Shown piece by piece: positions 10,521 through 19,500 of a DNA stretch of 64,000 bases. Both the position numbers and the translations under genes were made by a program. The notes beneath the pieces were generated by a model. It was not told where the DNA came from. It did no database searches and was given only the letters and a program-made list of their open reading frames with translations. The first letter of the stretch is position 1. Every line of letters starts with the position of its first letter. This DNA is from an uncultured archaeon (lineage in GTDB: Archaea > Iainarchaeota > Iainarchaeia > Iainarchaeales > GCA-2688035), in assembly GCA_964354805.1 (NCBI GenBank), contig CAYHBD010000042.1:26455-90454 (forward strand). The letters run 5' to 3'.

Positions 10521-11210
10521 TTATTCTCTTGTTGTTTCAACTATCAGGCCTTTGTCCGATATTTTGACAGGGTGCAATAACTCGCTGTGGCCAGTGCCCC
10601 TCATTTTTACTATGCTCAAAACCCTTTCGAATGAAACGGCTTTTCTAAGCCTGCCCATAAGGATCAAGCCATCGAATAAGAAATCCTCCGGGATGAATTC
10701 AACCATTTCAAAGTCTGTCCTTCTCCTTTCGGCTGTTGCAAGCAGTGTAACATTTTCTTTTGAAAGCAAATCAATAAGGGTAAGCAGTTTTACCCTGAAT
10801 TCCTTCTGGCTTTCTGTCAGGTACTCGAATGGTGTTATTGAATCAATTGCCACTCTTGTAACATCTGCTTTTTTCACTTCGCGCAGCAATGCCTCTGGGA
10901 TCATTTCATAGCCCTTGGCAATCGGGACCCTGATTAATTTTATCAAGCCGTTTTTTTCAAACTGCTCCAGGGGCATGCCGAGGTTTGCGGCAATTTCCCT
11001 GATTTTTTCAACGCTCTGCTCTGAGGTAACGAATACCCCGCTCTCTCCATAAAGCCTTGCCCCGTTGTAAATGAACTGCAGCGCCAGGATTGTTTTGCCT
11101 GCGCCAGGCTCTCCTGCAACCAGGATGCTGCTGGTTTTCCTGAATCCCTTTATTCCGATGGCTTCATCCAGGCCTGGAGTGCCGCTTTTTACAATATTCG
11201 CTTCCGGCAT
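10521..11210 (-). CDS. KaiC/RAD55-family RecA-superfamily ATPase
   Basis: GEPGAGKT, VAIDS, IVKMRGT motifs. Confidence 0.9.
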   Translation of the reverse strand: MPEANIVKSGTPGLDEAIGIKGFRKTSSILVAGEPGAGKTILALQFIYNGARLYGESGVFVTSEQSVEKIREIAANLGMPLEQFEKNGLIKLIRVPIAKGYEMIPEALLREVKKADVTRVAIDSITPFEYLTESQKEFRVKLLTLIDLLSKENVTLLATAERRRTDFEMVEFIPEDFLFDGLILMGRLRKAVSFERVLSIVKMRGTGHSELLHPVKISDKGLIVETTRE

Positions 11211-11253
11211 AAAAAACCATTAAATAAAATATTTAATCTTCTTTTAATTAGTT

Positions 11254-11844
11254 ATGATTGGCGCAATTGGGCTGTTTTTGCTGGAGCGAAAGCTGCTGAT
11301 GGTTGCCAAAATCGGCAAGGGCCACAGCAGTGAAATATTTGCCGTAAAAAATGGCGCAGGGCAAAAATTTGTTTTAAAGGCAGAGAAAAGCGGCAGCCAG
11401 CGCTTCCAGATGGCTGAAAGGGAAGTGGAAAACCTGCGCAAGGCAAACAGCCTTGGCATTGGGCCAAGGCTGGTTGATTTTGATTTGGAAAAAAGGGCGA
11501 TTCTAATGGAATTTGTTGAGGGCAAAACCTTTGCCCAATGGCTTTTTTCACAGCCCACGAAAAAAGAATTGCTTCTTTTTGCAAAAGAATTGGTTGAACA
11601 GGCAAAAGCGCTTGACTTAATCGGCTTGGACCATGGCCAGCTTGCTGGCGCAGGAAAAAACATTCTTGTAAGGGAGGGCAAGCCAGTGATAATTGATTTC
11701 GAGAAGGCAAGCTGCAGCAGGAAATGCCACAATCTTTCCGTGATTAAGGCATTCCTTTTCAGGAACCCGAACAGCGCCATTGCCAGAAAGGCAAAAGAAA
11801 TACTGGGAAAAAAAGAAGCTGAAAAATTGCTTTCCCAAAAATAA
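11254..11844 (+). CDS. Small atypical Ser/Thr protein kinase (COG2112-like)
   Basis: IGKGHSS, LKAE, HGQL..KNILV, IIDFE. Confidence 0.8.
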   Translation: MIGAIGLFLLERKLLMVAKIGKGHSSEIFAVKNGAGQKFVLKAEKSGSQRFQMAEREVENLRKANSLGIGPRLVDFDLEKRAILMEFVEGKTFAQWLFSQPTKKELLLFAKELVEQAKALDLIGLDHGQLAGAGKNILVREGKPVIIDFEKASCSRKCHNLSVIKAFLFRNPNSAIARKAKEILGKKEAEKLLSQK

Positions 11845-11945
11845 TCAAAAAAAAGCGAAAATAAAGCAAAAAAGCGCTGCTTTCCAAAAAATAAAAATAT
11901 TTAGAAAATAAAGAAAAAAATTACTTCCTAAATTTTCTATCCACC

Positions 11946-12010
11946 AAACTTTTAGAAAAAGTTTGATCAAACAGCCTTTTCTTAAAAAGAAAAGGCTGGC
12001 GAAAAGAAGA
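11946..12010. repeat. Two tandem hairpins related to family A
   Basis: CAAACTTTT-AGA-AAAAGTTTG and CAGCCTTTTCTT..AAGAAAAGGCTG followed by GCGAAAAGAA. Confidence 0.5.
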
Positions 12011-12012
12011 CT

Positions 12013-12426
12013 TCATTTCCTGAATTTGCGGTCAACTTCGTTGATTAGTACATCGCATGCTGCTTTTATTGCCTCAAGCTGCTTTATGATGCGCTCTTTT
12101 TCCTTTTCAATGTCCTGCACTGTCTCATACAGCTCAATCGCTTCCCTCAGCATGCCGCCGTCAACATAAGCGTAAGGGTGGGAATCCATTTTCTGGGCAA
12201 TCCTTTCAACCATTTTGCCAAGCCACAAATTCATTTCGTCCTTAACCTGGCCCTTAATTTGCTTTCCCTTGCCCAAATGCTTCCTAAGCATGTTAACAAT
12301 TGTTGCCCTTGGAAAAGGCAGCTTTTCTTCAGGAATTTCTTCGCCTTTTTCCTCCAATTCCTCCAACTGCTTTGTAACCTCTTTCTCCTCTTCCTTTTGT
12401 TCCAATTTCATCTCCTTCTTAGACAC
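12013..12426 (-). CDS. Histone-fold protein (NF-YB/HMf-like) with acidic N-terminal tail and C-terminal coiled coil
   Basis: LPFPRATIVNMLRKHL...helical fold pattern. Confidence 0.6.
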   Translation of the reverse strand: MSKKEMKLEQKEEEKEVTKQLEELEEKGEEIPEEKLPFPRATIVNMLRKHLGKGKQIKGQVKDEMNLWLGKMVERIAQKMDSHPYAYVDGGMLREAIELYETVQDIEKEKERIIKQLEAIKAACDVLINEVDRKFRK

Positions 12427-12590
12427 AAAAACCAGCCCCTCAAATTTTCAACAGAAACCATCAAGAATATAGCAAATAATTTTGCCAGCATTCAGATTTT
12501 AAAGCATTACTGTCCAAAAAAACAAAGCCCATTTTTGCGCCCTGTGGGGCTGCAAAAAATGCACTTTGGTTATGTATAATGCATAATTGT

Positions 12591-12662
12591 GTGCGGCTCA
12601 GTTCGCCCATCTTTCTTCATTGCCGAAGCTCAGTGTCATCGTCAGATCGCTCATTGCCGCAC
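12591..12662 (-). ncRNA. Box C/D methylation-guide sRNA
   Basis: GTGCGGC/GCCGCAC terminal stem; degenerate C box ATGAGCGA; guide TCTGACGATGACA; D' CTGA; GC-TTCG-GC; C' ATGAAGA; guide AAGATGGGCGAA; D CTGA; guides complement conserved 16S GUCRUCGUCAG and 23S UUCGCCCAU. Confidence 0.85.
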
Positions 12663-12782
12663 GATACAATATGCTGGAGGAAGCTTTTTAATGCAATTTT
12701 TTTGGTTTTCAAGGCAGCTGAATTGCAACGGAAAAAAACTGCTTTTCAATGCAACTTTGCTGAAAGAAGTTGGCTTGTGTTG

Positions 12783-13799
12783 TCAAAATGGTTTTTTTAT
12801 TGCGCCGACTGCCAGCGCATAGTAGTAGAATTCGCCCCATAGTTCAAAGTATTTTACTGGCTTTTCCTCCAGTTCTGAATAGTTTATTATGAATTCCTTG
12901 AATGCAAGCCATTTTTGCCTGTGCTCAGCCGACTCTTTTGTTTCAAACAGCCAGTAGAAAAACTTGTAGGCTATTTTTCCAAAATAGCAGTAGTAAAGAA
13001 CCTGAATTGCAAGATATGCGATAACCACTAGCGTCAATAAGAGTGCTAACAACTGCGTTTGAATGAAAACAATGTTCTGCATGAAAAAGAATATTGCGGC
13101 AATCGGCAGGATAACCAAGATGCCGAACGCAAAAAACAGCAGCTGCAATTTTATAATTTGCCAGATTATTTCTTTTGCCAGAAATTTTTTTTCAACCGTT
13201 GAACGGTTGATTTTGCTTAAGCTGATGAAGTAAATTATCAAGAACGGCACAGCCAGCATTACCAGCAATAGCAGCAACATCGCAATTGCCACGGCAATTG
13301 TGTCTTTGATTGCGAAAAGCAGGAATGGAATTAGAATTTGGAACGGGGCTGAAACCATTGAACTGATAATTGAAAGGGCAAGGGAGGCTATGAAACCGAA
13401 TGCTATAAAGCCAATGCTGCTTTTTGGCTTGAATCCAAAAGCCGAACCGAATTTGTTTGCCGTACTTTCGATTACAAGTGTTTCATACTTTTTTACAATT
13501 TTATCCAAATCAGAAAACTGCACTTTCGCATTTTCGCCTTGCTTATTTTTTTCAAAGAACTGCCAGAGGAAAACCTCGTTGTAGTTCAGGTCGGTGTTAT
13601 TTTTTAGTTTCAGCTCAAAACCATCAGCAAAATATTGCTCCACTTCCAGTTTTCCTTTTTTTGCAAGATGCAGAATGTCGGCAATTATTCCTTTTTTCGT
13701 TACCTTGAATGTTGAAAGATATTCCGCTACCGAAGGCCTGTACGAAAAAGGCGGTTCTATATAGAAATCTTCATTTTTAAGGTTTGACGTTTCTTCCAT
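12783..13799 (-). CDS. DUF2207-like membrane protein
   Basis: ADILHLAKKG; KWLAFKEFI...WGEFYYYALAVG; four TM segments. Confidence 0.7.
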   Translation of the reverse strand: MEETSNLKNEDFYIEPPFSYRPSVAEYLSTFKVTKKGIIADILHLAKKGKLEVEQYFADGFELKLKNNTDLNYNEVFLWQFFEKNKQGENAKVQFSDLDKIVKKYETLVIESTANKFGSAFGFKPKSSIGFIAFGFIASLALSIISSMVSAPFQILIPFLLFAIKDTIAVAIAMLLLLLVMLAVPFLIIYFISLSKINRSTVEKKFLAKEIIWQIIKLQLLFFAFGILVILPIAAIFFFMQNIVFIQTQLLALLLTLVVIAYLAIQVLYYCYFGKIAYKFFYWLFETKESAEHRQKWLAFKEFIINYSELEEKPVKYFELWGEFYYYALAVGAIKKPF

Positions 13800-13907
13800 A
13801 AAAAAAAACCATTTAAAGTCCTTATCAAACGTGCATCAATTTATAAGTGTTTTTTGGAATTAAATATCTTTCGGGTTGCAATGCAATGCCAAAGAGAGGG
13901 CGGTTCA

Positions 13908-14594
13908 GTGCTAAAAGGAAAAAAAGTCCGGCCTGAAACTCGGTTTTTTGCAGTAATAACAGGCTTGTTTGTTGCAGTGCTGCTTATTTCAAACGCTGCT
14001 TCAACAAAAATAGTTGATTTGGGGATTTTTGTTTTCGACGGCGGAACACTGCTTTTTCCCTTATCATACATTTTCGGCGACATTTTGACAGAGGTTTACG
14101 GCTACAGGAAAGCAAGGCAGGTTATCTGGACTGGCTTCTTTTCAGCTGCGCTCATGTCTGCTGTTTTTGCAGTTGTCGGCTTTCTGCCTGCAGCAAAAGG
14201 CTGGGAAAACCAGGCAGCATATGATGCGATTCTTGGCATGGTTCCGAGGATTGTTATTGCTTCACTTATCGCGTATTTTGCAGGAGAGTTCTCAAACAGC
14301 TTTGTGCTTGCCAAAATGAAAATAATCACTAAAGGAAAAATGCTTTGGGCGAGAACAATCGGCAGCACTGTTGTAGGCGAGGGCGTTGACACAATGCTTT
14401 TTGCAACAATCGCTTTCTATGGAACGCTGCCAGCTGAAATTTTCATTGCATTGGTTGCCTCAAACTATGTTTTCAAGGTAGGCGTTGAAGTGATTTTCAC
14501 GCCCTTAACATACAAAATAGTGAATTTCCTCAAAAAAGCGGAAGGCGTTGACGTTTTCGATTTCAAAACAAACTTCAACCCATTCAAGTTATAG
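13908..14594 (+). CDS. yhhQ: Queuosine/archaeosine precursor transporter (YhhQ/Vut_1)
   Basis: FPLSYIFGDILTEVYG, RIVIASLIAYFAGEFSNS, RTIGSTVVGEGVDT; start codon uncertain. Confidence 0.9.
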   Translation: MLKGKKVRPETRFFAVITGLFVAVLLISNAASTKIVDLGIFVFDGGTLLFPLSYIFGDILTEVYGYRKARQVIWTGFFSAALMSAVFAVVGFLPAAKGWENQAAYDAILGMVPRIVIASLIAYFAGEFSNSFVLAKMKIITKGKMLWARTIGSTVVGEGVDTMLFATIAFYGTLPAEIFIALVASNYVFKVGVEVIFTPLTYKIVNFLKKAEGVDVFDFKTNFNPFKL

Positions 14595-14715
14595 CATTGC
14601 GCCGTTTGCTGCAGCTATAAAAAACAAAAAAATTCAGGCAATTGCAATTTTCAGCCCAGGGCTTTTGAGCTGAAAGACAGATGCAATGCCAAAAAAATTC
14701 AGGCAACTGCAATGT

Positions 14716-15660
14716 TCAGCCAAGCGCTTTTGAGCTGAAAGAGGCGATCAGGAAAACAATATACAGCAGTATGAAAATAATGCCCTGCCTTTTGCCTATG
14801 CCCTCGTGCTTTACAAGGGAGTATACAAGAAAAGTGTTTGCAATAACCACAAAGCATATTCCGACAGTGAACGCTGAAAGGCTTATTCTGATCGGGTTTA
14901 TAACCAAAACACTTCCAAGCACAAGCGTCAGGTTCACTACACTGCTGCCTAAAATGTCGCCTATTGCCAGGGCAATCTGCCCTCTCCTTATTGCGGCAAA
15001 ATCAACGGCTAGCTCAGGCAGTGTTGTGCCGAAGGAAACAAGCGTAAGACCGATTACTGCCTCGCTGAAGCCTATTGCCAAGGCAATTTCCTTGCCGCTC
15101 CCTACCACAAAATAGCTGCTTAAAACAACGATTGCAAGGGATAGAAAGAACATCAAGACAACCTTTCCTCTCTCACGCCTCGGTATCCCATCGCGCAGGT
15201 GCAGTGTAAACCTTTCTTTCATCGTGAAAAAGCAGTAAATTAAAAACAGCAGCAGCAAAACAAGCCCTTCCCCTCTCCCGAGCGTTCCAAGGATGAGGAA
15301 AATCATTGGAACAGCGCCGATTAGCAGCAGCAGCTCTGCGCTGTCCAAAACGTGCCTCCTTTCAACATCAATCCTTCTGATAAGGGTCGCTATTCCGAGA
15401 ACAAGGCAGATGTTTGCAACAGTGCTGCCCAAAGCATCGCCGATTCCAAGCTCCGGGCTGCCTGTGCCAGCCGAAATAACCGAAACAACCAGGTCAGGCA
15501 TGGAAACCGTTATTGCAACCAGAATGAAGCCAATCGCAAGCTGCGAAATGCCGTAATGCTCGGATAGCTTTATGCTGTTGTTGATTACCACCCTGCTGCT
15601 TAATATAAGCACGGCGAGCGAAATGCAGAAAACCAAAATGGAGAAAAACAATGAAACCAC
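14716..15660 (-). CDS. Sodium/calcium antiporter (CaCA family)
   Basis: Two alpha repeats: SMPDL..IGDALGSTVAN and GTTLPEL..IGDILGSSVVN. Confidence 0.9.
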   Translation of the reverse strand: MVSLFFSILVFCISLAVLILSSRVVINNSIKLSEHYGISQLAIGFILVAITVSMPDLVVSVISAGTGSPELGIGDALGSTVANICLVLGIATLIRRIDVERRHVLDSAELLLLIGAVPMIFLILGTLGRGEGLVLLLLFLIYCFFTMKERFTLHLRDGIPRRERGKVVLMFFLSLAIVVLSSYFVVGSGKEIALAIGFSEAVIGLTLVSFGTTLPELAVDFAAIRRGQIALAIGDILGSSVVNLTLVLGSVLVINPIRISLSAFTVGICFVVIANTFLVYSLVKHEGIGKRQGIIFILLYIVFLIASFSSKALG

Positions 15661-15853
15661 CAGGTTAGACAGCTAATTCAAACAAACAAAAAGCATAAAT
15701 AATTAGCCTACCAGCGCTGGTCAAAAAAAACAATCAAAAAAATAATTAACCAACAAAAAAAATGCCGAAAACAAAACAAAAAATAATCAAAAAAATAGAA
15801 ATAAATAATTAGCTTGCCAGAAATTGGCTAAAGTGAGTCGTGAGCTCAACTGT

Positions 15854-16075
15854 TCAGGGCTGCATTGTCAGGAAGTAAACAGCTGCCTTGCTTTTTGCAA
15901 CCCTTTTGACAACCTTTTTGTTTTGCAACTGCATCAGAATGTTGTTGACCATGCCTTTTGAAAAGGGGCACTTGCCTGAAATGATGTCCGCTGTCTTCGC
16001 ATTGCCTTCCTCTGATGCGCCGATTTCCCGCATTGCTTCAACAACCTTCTTTTCATTGTCGTTCAATTCAACCAT
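15854..16075 (-). CDS. Small winged-HTH protein
   Basis: 73 aa with wHTH pattern; GGTGAG RBS. Confidence 0.65.
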   Translation of the reverse strand: MVELNDNEKKVVEAMREIGASEEGNAKTADIISGKCPFSKGMVNNILMQLQNKKVVKRVAKSKAAVYFLTMQP

Positions 16076-16135
16076 GCGTTCTCACCATGCTAAAATTGTT
16101 TTATCAAAAATAGGTTCGCTTTCCGCACCCAGCTG

Positions 16136-16513
16136 CTATGCTTCAATTATTTTCTTTAGGTCAACTTTCCTTATGCCAAGCTCAAGGCAGCCTGCTGCCT
16201 TGCCGCTTATCAGCTGCCCTGCCTTTGGAGTAAAGCCAGTGCTGCTGACTGAAACCCTCACGATTATTGTAAAGCCGCTTTCCTTTGTTCTCTGGATTTT
16301 TCCGCTTATTGCATCCAGTTCAAATTGCTGCTTGAAAAGAGTCCTGTTAACGCTGCCCTTCTGCTCGTGCGAAATTATCTCAAATTCCTTTATTTTCCCG
16401 CAGCCGCTTTCAATAAAACCATAGTCAATTGCCTTGTCCTTCGCCAGCTTTTCAAGCGCTGGAATTATGTCGCTTCCGTCATTCAGTTTCAGAATCAAAG
16501 TCTGTTCAGCCAA
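16136..16513 (-). CDS. PPC/DUF296 domain protein
   Basis: LILKLNDGSDIIPALE, FELDAISG, AGQL; TTG start after GGGGGTG. Confidence 0.75.
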   Translation of the reverse strand: MAEQTLILKLNDGSDIIPALEKLAKDKAIDYGFIESGCGKIKEFEIISHEQKGSVNRTLFKQQFELDAISGKIQRTKESGFTIIVRVSVSSTGFTPKAGQLISGKAAGCLELGIRKVDLKKIIEA

Positions 16514-16713
16514 ACAAAACACCCCCACAAAGGGAACTAAACCCATCCCCAAAATGAGGCATAGGTCAGGCATTTGCTAGTATCAGTCAAGCCGCCACAG
16601 CAAAAAGCTGCCACGCCTTAAATCTATACTGCCTGCAAGCAGTATTTAAATATTATGCAAGGCAGACTTTGCTGATTGAAGATTTAAAATCTGATGCGTT
16701 TTTCATTGTGTAA

Positions 16714-17175
16714 ATGTTCAACCAAAAAGAGCGCAGGGTTGCAATTGCCTACATGGCACTGCAGGTCGTGATTTGGGCAAAGTGCGCTTTGTTTTTTGCT
16801 TGGTTCGGCCACGGAAAATCAATGCAGTTCAGCTTGCAGGATTTTCCGGCTGACGCCATACAGTTTGATTTCTTTTTCCACAACGGAGTGCATGTTTTGA
16901 TCGGAGGGCTTGCGCTGCTTTTCGGAGCGAGCTTGCAAAAAATTGAATTGCGAAAATTGGCTGCTGTTGTGCTTGCTGCAGCAAAGCTTGCTGCAATTGT
17001 TGCAGCTGCTGTTGCACTGCACAATGTTGCATACTGGTTTACTGCAACGCATCTTGGCATTGAATACACTTTATTCGATTTCGCAAGGGATTTTGTACTG
17101 TTGTTTGCAGCTGTGGCAGCTGGCTTTTTGCTGAAAGTGATTTGGGTGAAAATTAAATGCAAACAAAACGTTTAA
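16714..17175 (+). CDS. Hypothetical membrane protein
   Basis: Four hydrophobic segments; internal duplicated KLAAVVLAAA/KLAAIVAAA. Confidence 0.65.
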   Translation: MFNQKERRVAIAYMALQVVIWAKCALFFAWFGHGKSMQFSLQDFPADAIQFDFFFHNGVHVLIGGLALLFGASLQKIELRKLAAVVLAAAKLAAIVAAAVALHNVAYWFTATHLGIEYTLFDFARDFVLLFAAVAAGFLLKVIWVKIKCKQNV

Positions 17176-17204
17176 ATTTCTGAAAAACCATTCTCTTTTT
17201 CATT

Positions 17205-17885
17205 ATGCAATGCATGCTTAATTTCACTTTGCAGGAAAAGGAAAAAGTGCTTTCTTTTTTGCGGCGCTTTCCTGCAAAGGAAACAAAAACGCCTTTTGAG
17301 CTGTTCAGGTGCAGCATTGGGCAGAGCACTGTAACCTTGTACACTTCGGGCAAGCTGGTTGCGCAGGGAAATGACTGTGAGAAAGCCAAGGAAAAAATTC
17401 TGGATGCAGCAGGATTGGAGAAAGAGCTTGTGCTCGGAATTGATGAAACAGGCAGGGGCGAATCATTCGGGGCATTTGTTGTTGCAGCTGTTTTGGCTGA
17501 TTCAAGCAAGATGCGGGAGCTGCGGGACAGCAAAAAGGTCAGTGACATTGAAGGGAAAAGGAAAATCGTTGAAAGGAATGCTTCGGCAATTGCTTTTTTT
17601 AAAATTGAAGCAAAAGAGCTGGATGAATTGAGGGCAAAAGGCATTAATTTGAATCAAATTGAGGTGCAGGCGATTAATGCATTCGCTGATTTTTTTTGGG
17701 CATCTGATAAAAAAATAAAAATTCTGGTTGACGGCTCTCCATTGAAAGGCAGCAGAAAAGGCATTCAGTTCATTGTAAAAGGCGATGACAGGAATGCTGT
17801 CATCGGAGCAGCAAGCGTTGTTGCAAAAAGTGAGAGGGAAAGAAGCGGTAGGGAGCAGAGGCTGAGCTGGGGAAAAAGAAATTAA
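17205..17885 (+). CDS. Ribonuclease HIII-like (TBP-like DUF3378 N-domain plus RNase HII catalytic domain)
   Basis: TVTLYTSGKLVAQG; GIDETGRGE, DSKK, KGD, AASVVAK. Confidence 0.8.
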   Translation: MQCMLNFTLQEKEKVLSFLRRFPAKETKTPFELFRCSIGQSTVTLYTSGKLVAQGNDCEKAKEKILDAAGLEKELVLGIDETGRGESFGAFVVAAVLADSSKMRELRDSKKVSDIEGKRKIVERNASAIAFFKIEAKELDELRAKGINLNQIEVQAINAFADFFWASDKKIKILVDGSPLKGSRKGIQFIVKGDDRNAVIGAASVVAKSERERSGREQRLSWGKRN

Positions 17886-17944
17886 AAGGCAAAAGCAAGG
17901 GAAAAAAAGCGGCAGGGAAAAGCATTTGCTTTGGGGAAGAAAAA

Positions 17945-18718
17945 ATGAAGAGGGCTGTTTTCTTTAAGTGCGTTTTGCGGCTGCGTGGAACCGCCTGCCT
18001 GGCTTTGTTGCTGATTGCAGCGTATTTTTTCCTCAGCAATGGCACTCTTTTTATTGAACGCAGTAGGCTGCTTTCTCTTGCATTTAGTTTACAACAGCCT
18101 TGGAACGCTGTTTTCTACATGTTTGCCCATTTGAGTTTGCAGCACCTTGCGGTTAACGTGCTTTACGTTGTTTTCTTTGCAGCAATTGTTGAGCTGACTC
18201 TAACAACTGCTGATGTTTTGCTGATTTTCTTTTTCAGCGGCATTCTGACGGCAATTGTTTTTTCTGCCTTGAATCCAGGCACTAGCTTGGTTGGAGGCAG
18301 CGGTGCCGGCGCTGCTTTGCTGAGCAGCGCATTTCTGCTGGATTTGCGGAAAACGTTTATTGCATTGATTGCAATTGTAGCGCTTTTTTTGTTTTTGCCA
18401 GGTGCAATAAATTTTTTGCAGGAACAGCAGGAGGCAGCAATGGCTGCTAAAACAACTGAATTGCAGCGCACCCTGCAACAAGCTGTGCAGGAAGGGAAAA
18501 GCGAAGAGGCAGCGCAAATTGCTGCTGCTAAACTGGTTGCTGAAAAGGAATTGAGTGAATTCAAGGAAAGCAAGCAATTGGCTTTTAAAACAAAAACAGA
18601 TTTATCTGTGCATGCCTTTGCTGCGGCAATCGGTGTTTGCTATGTCCTGTTGTTTAGGAGAAAAAAATTTATTGACAATGCAAAGCAATTGAATGCATTG
18701 CTTAAAAGAAAGAAATAG
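17945..18718 (+). CDS. Rhomboid-family intramembrane serine protease
   Basis: FAHLSLQHLAVN, VGGSG, late His (SVHAF); contains a soluble helical insertion. Confidence 0.75.
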   Translation: MKRAVFFKCVLRLRGTACLALLLIAAYFFLSNGTLFIERSRLLSLAFSLQQPWNAVFYMFAHLSLQHLAVNVLYVVFFAAIVELTLTTADVLLIFFFSGILTAIVFSALNPGTSLVGGSGAGAALLSSAFLLDLRKTFIALIAIVALFLFLPGAINFLQEQQEAAMAAKTTELQRTLQQAVQEGKSEEAAQIAAAKLVAEKELSEFKESKQLAFKTKTDLSVHAFAAAIGVCYVLLFRRKKFIDNAKQLNALLKRKK

Positions 18719-18798
18719 CCTACCTCTGCCACTTTGATAAAAAAAGTTTTGTAATCGACCAAGTTGCTTCATCCAGCGAAAGCAGAAAATTAGCAACC

Positions 18799-19344
18799 CT
18801 ACCTGCTTCCGTGGTAAACGATTGCGTGAGCCCGCTTTTCATCAGCAGCACTTAATTCAGTTTCTTCTTCATTTTCTTCTGGCAGCTCGTTTCCCTTTAA
18901 TGCGGTCAACTGCTGTTTCAATGCTGCTATTTCAAGCGATGTGTTTTGCCTGAATTCCTCCAGGCCGCTCAGCTTTTGCTCAAGGTTTGCCCCGTTCAGT
19001 TTGTATGAAACAAATTTTGCGCCATTCATTTTTAGCAGAAGGCTTTCAAGCCTGTCAACCCTCTTGTTAAGCATCCTGGCTCTTTCCCTTTCAGCCATTT
19101 GCCGGAAATCGGGCTGTTCGGCTGAAACAAAAGCAGGCCTTATTTTGCCCTGCTGCAGCAATTGCTTGCTTGCGGCAATGTTTTTGTTGTTCTGCATTTG
19201 CTGCAAAAGCGCCCTGCTGTTTTCTTTGCCGCCAATTTCCCTCAGCAAAGCCTCTTCAATCTTTTTTGGCTTTGCAATGCTCAAAAAAATGTTGCCCAGG
19301 ATAAGGGCTACAATCAGTATGCTCAGGAAAATTGTTACAAGCAT
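18799..19344 (-). CDS. Membrane-anchored coiled-coil hypothetical protein
   Basis: N-terminal TM segment followed by heptad-rich sequence. Confidence 0.65.
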   Translation of the reverse strand: MLVTIFLSILIVALILGNIFLSIAKPKKIEEALLREIGGKENSRALLQQMQNNKNIAASKQLLQQGKIRPAFVSAEQPDFRQMAERERARMLNKRVDRLESLLLKMNGAKFVSYKLNGANLEQKLSGLEEFRQNTSLEIAALKQQLTALKGNELPEENEEETELSAADEKRAHAIVYHGSR

Positions 19345-19500
19345 TCAGCACCAACCTGAATAGATTAGGGCAAAATTTGTTTTTTAATTCTTTTGCTGGC
19401 ATGCTAACCAAAGCAAAAAATTATTAAAGAGTATCCTTGAAAATTCAGTAGAGAGACTGTTTAGACATTAGAGTATTAAATGTGAAAAAAGGTGCCATTA

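Noticed and set aside
12579-12842. Short plus-strand ORFs
   Set aside because: They overlap the minus-strand box C/D sRNA and show no coding signal.
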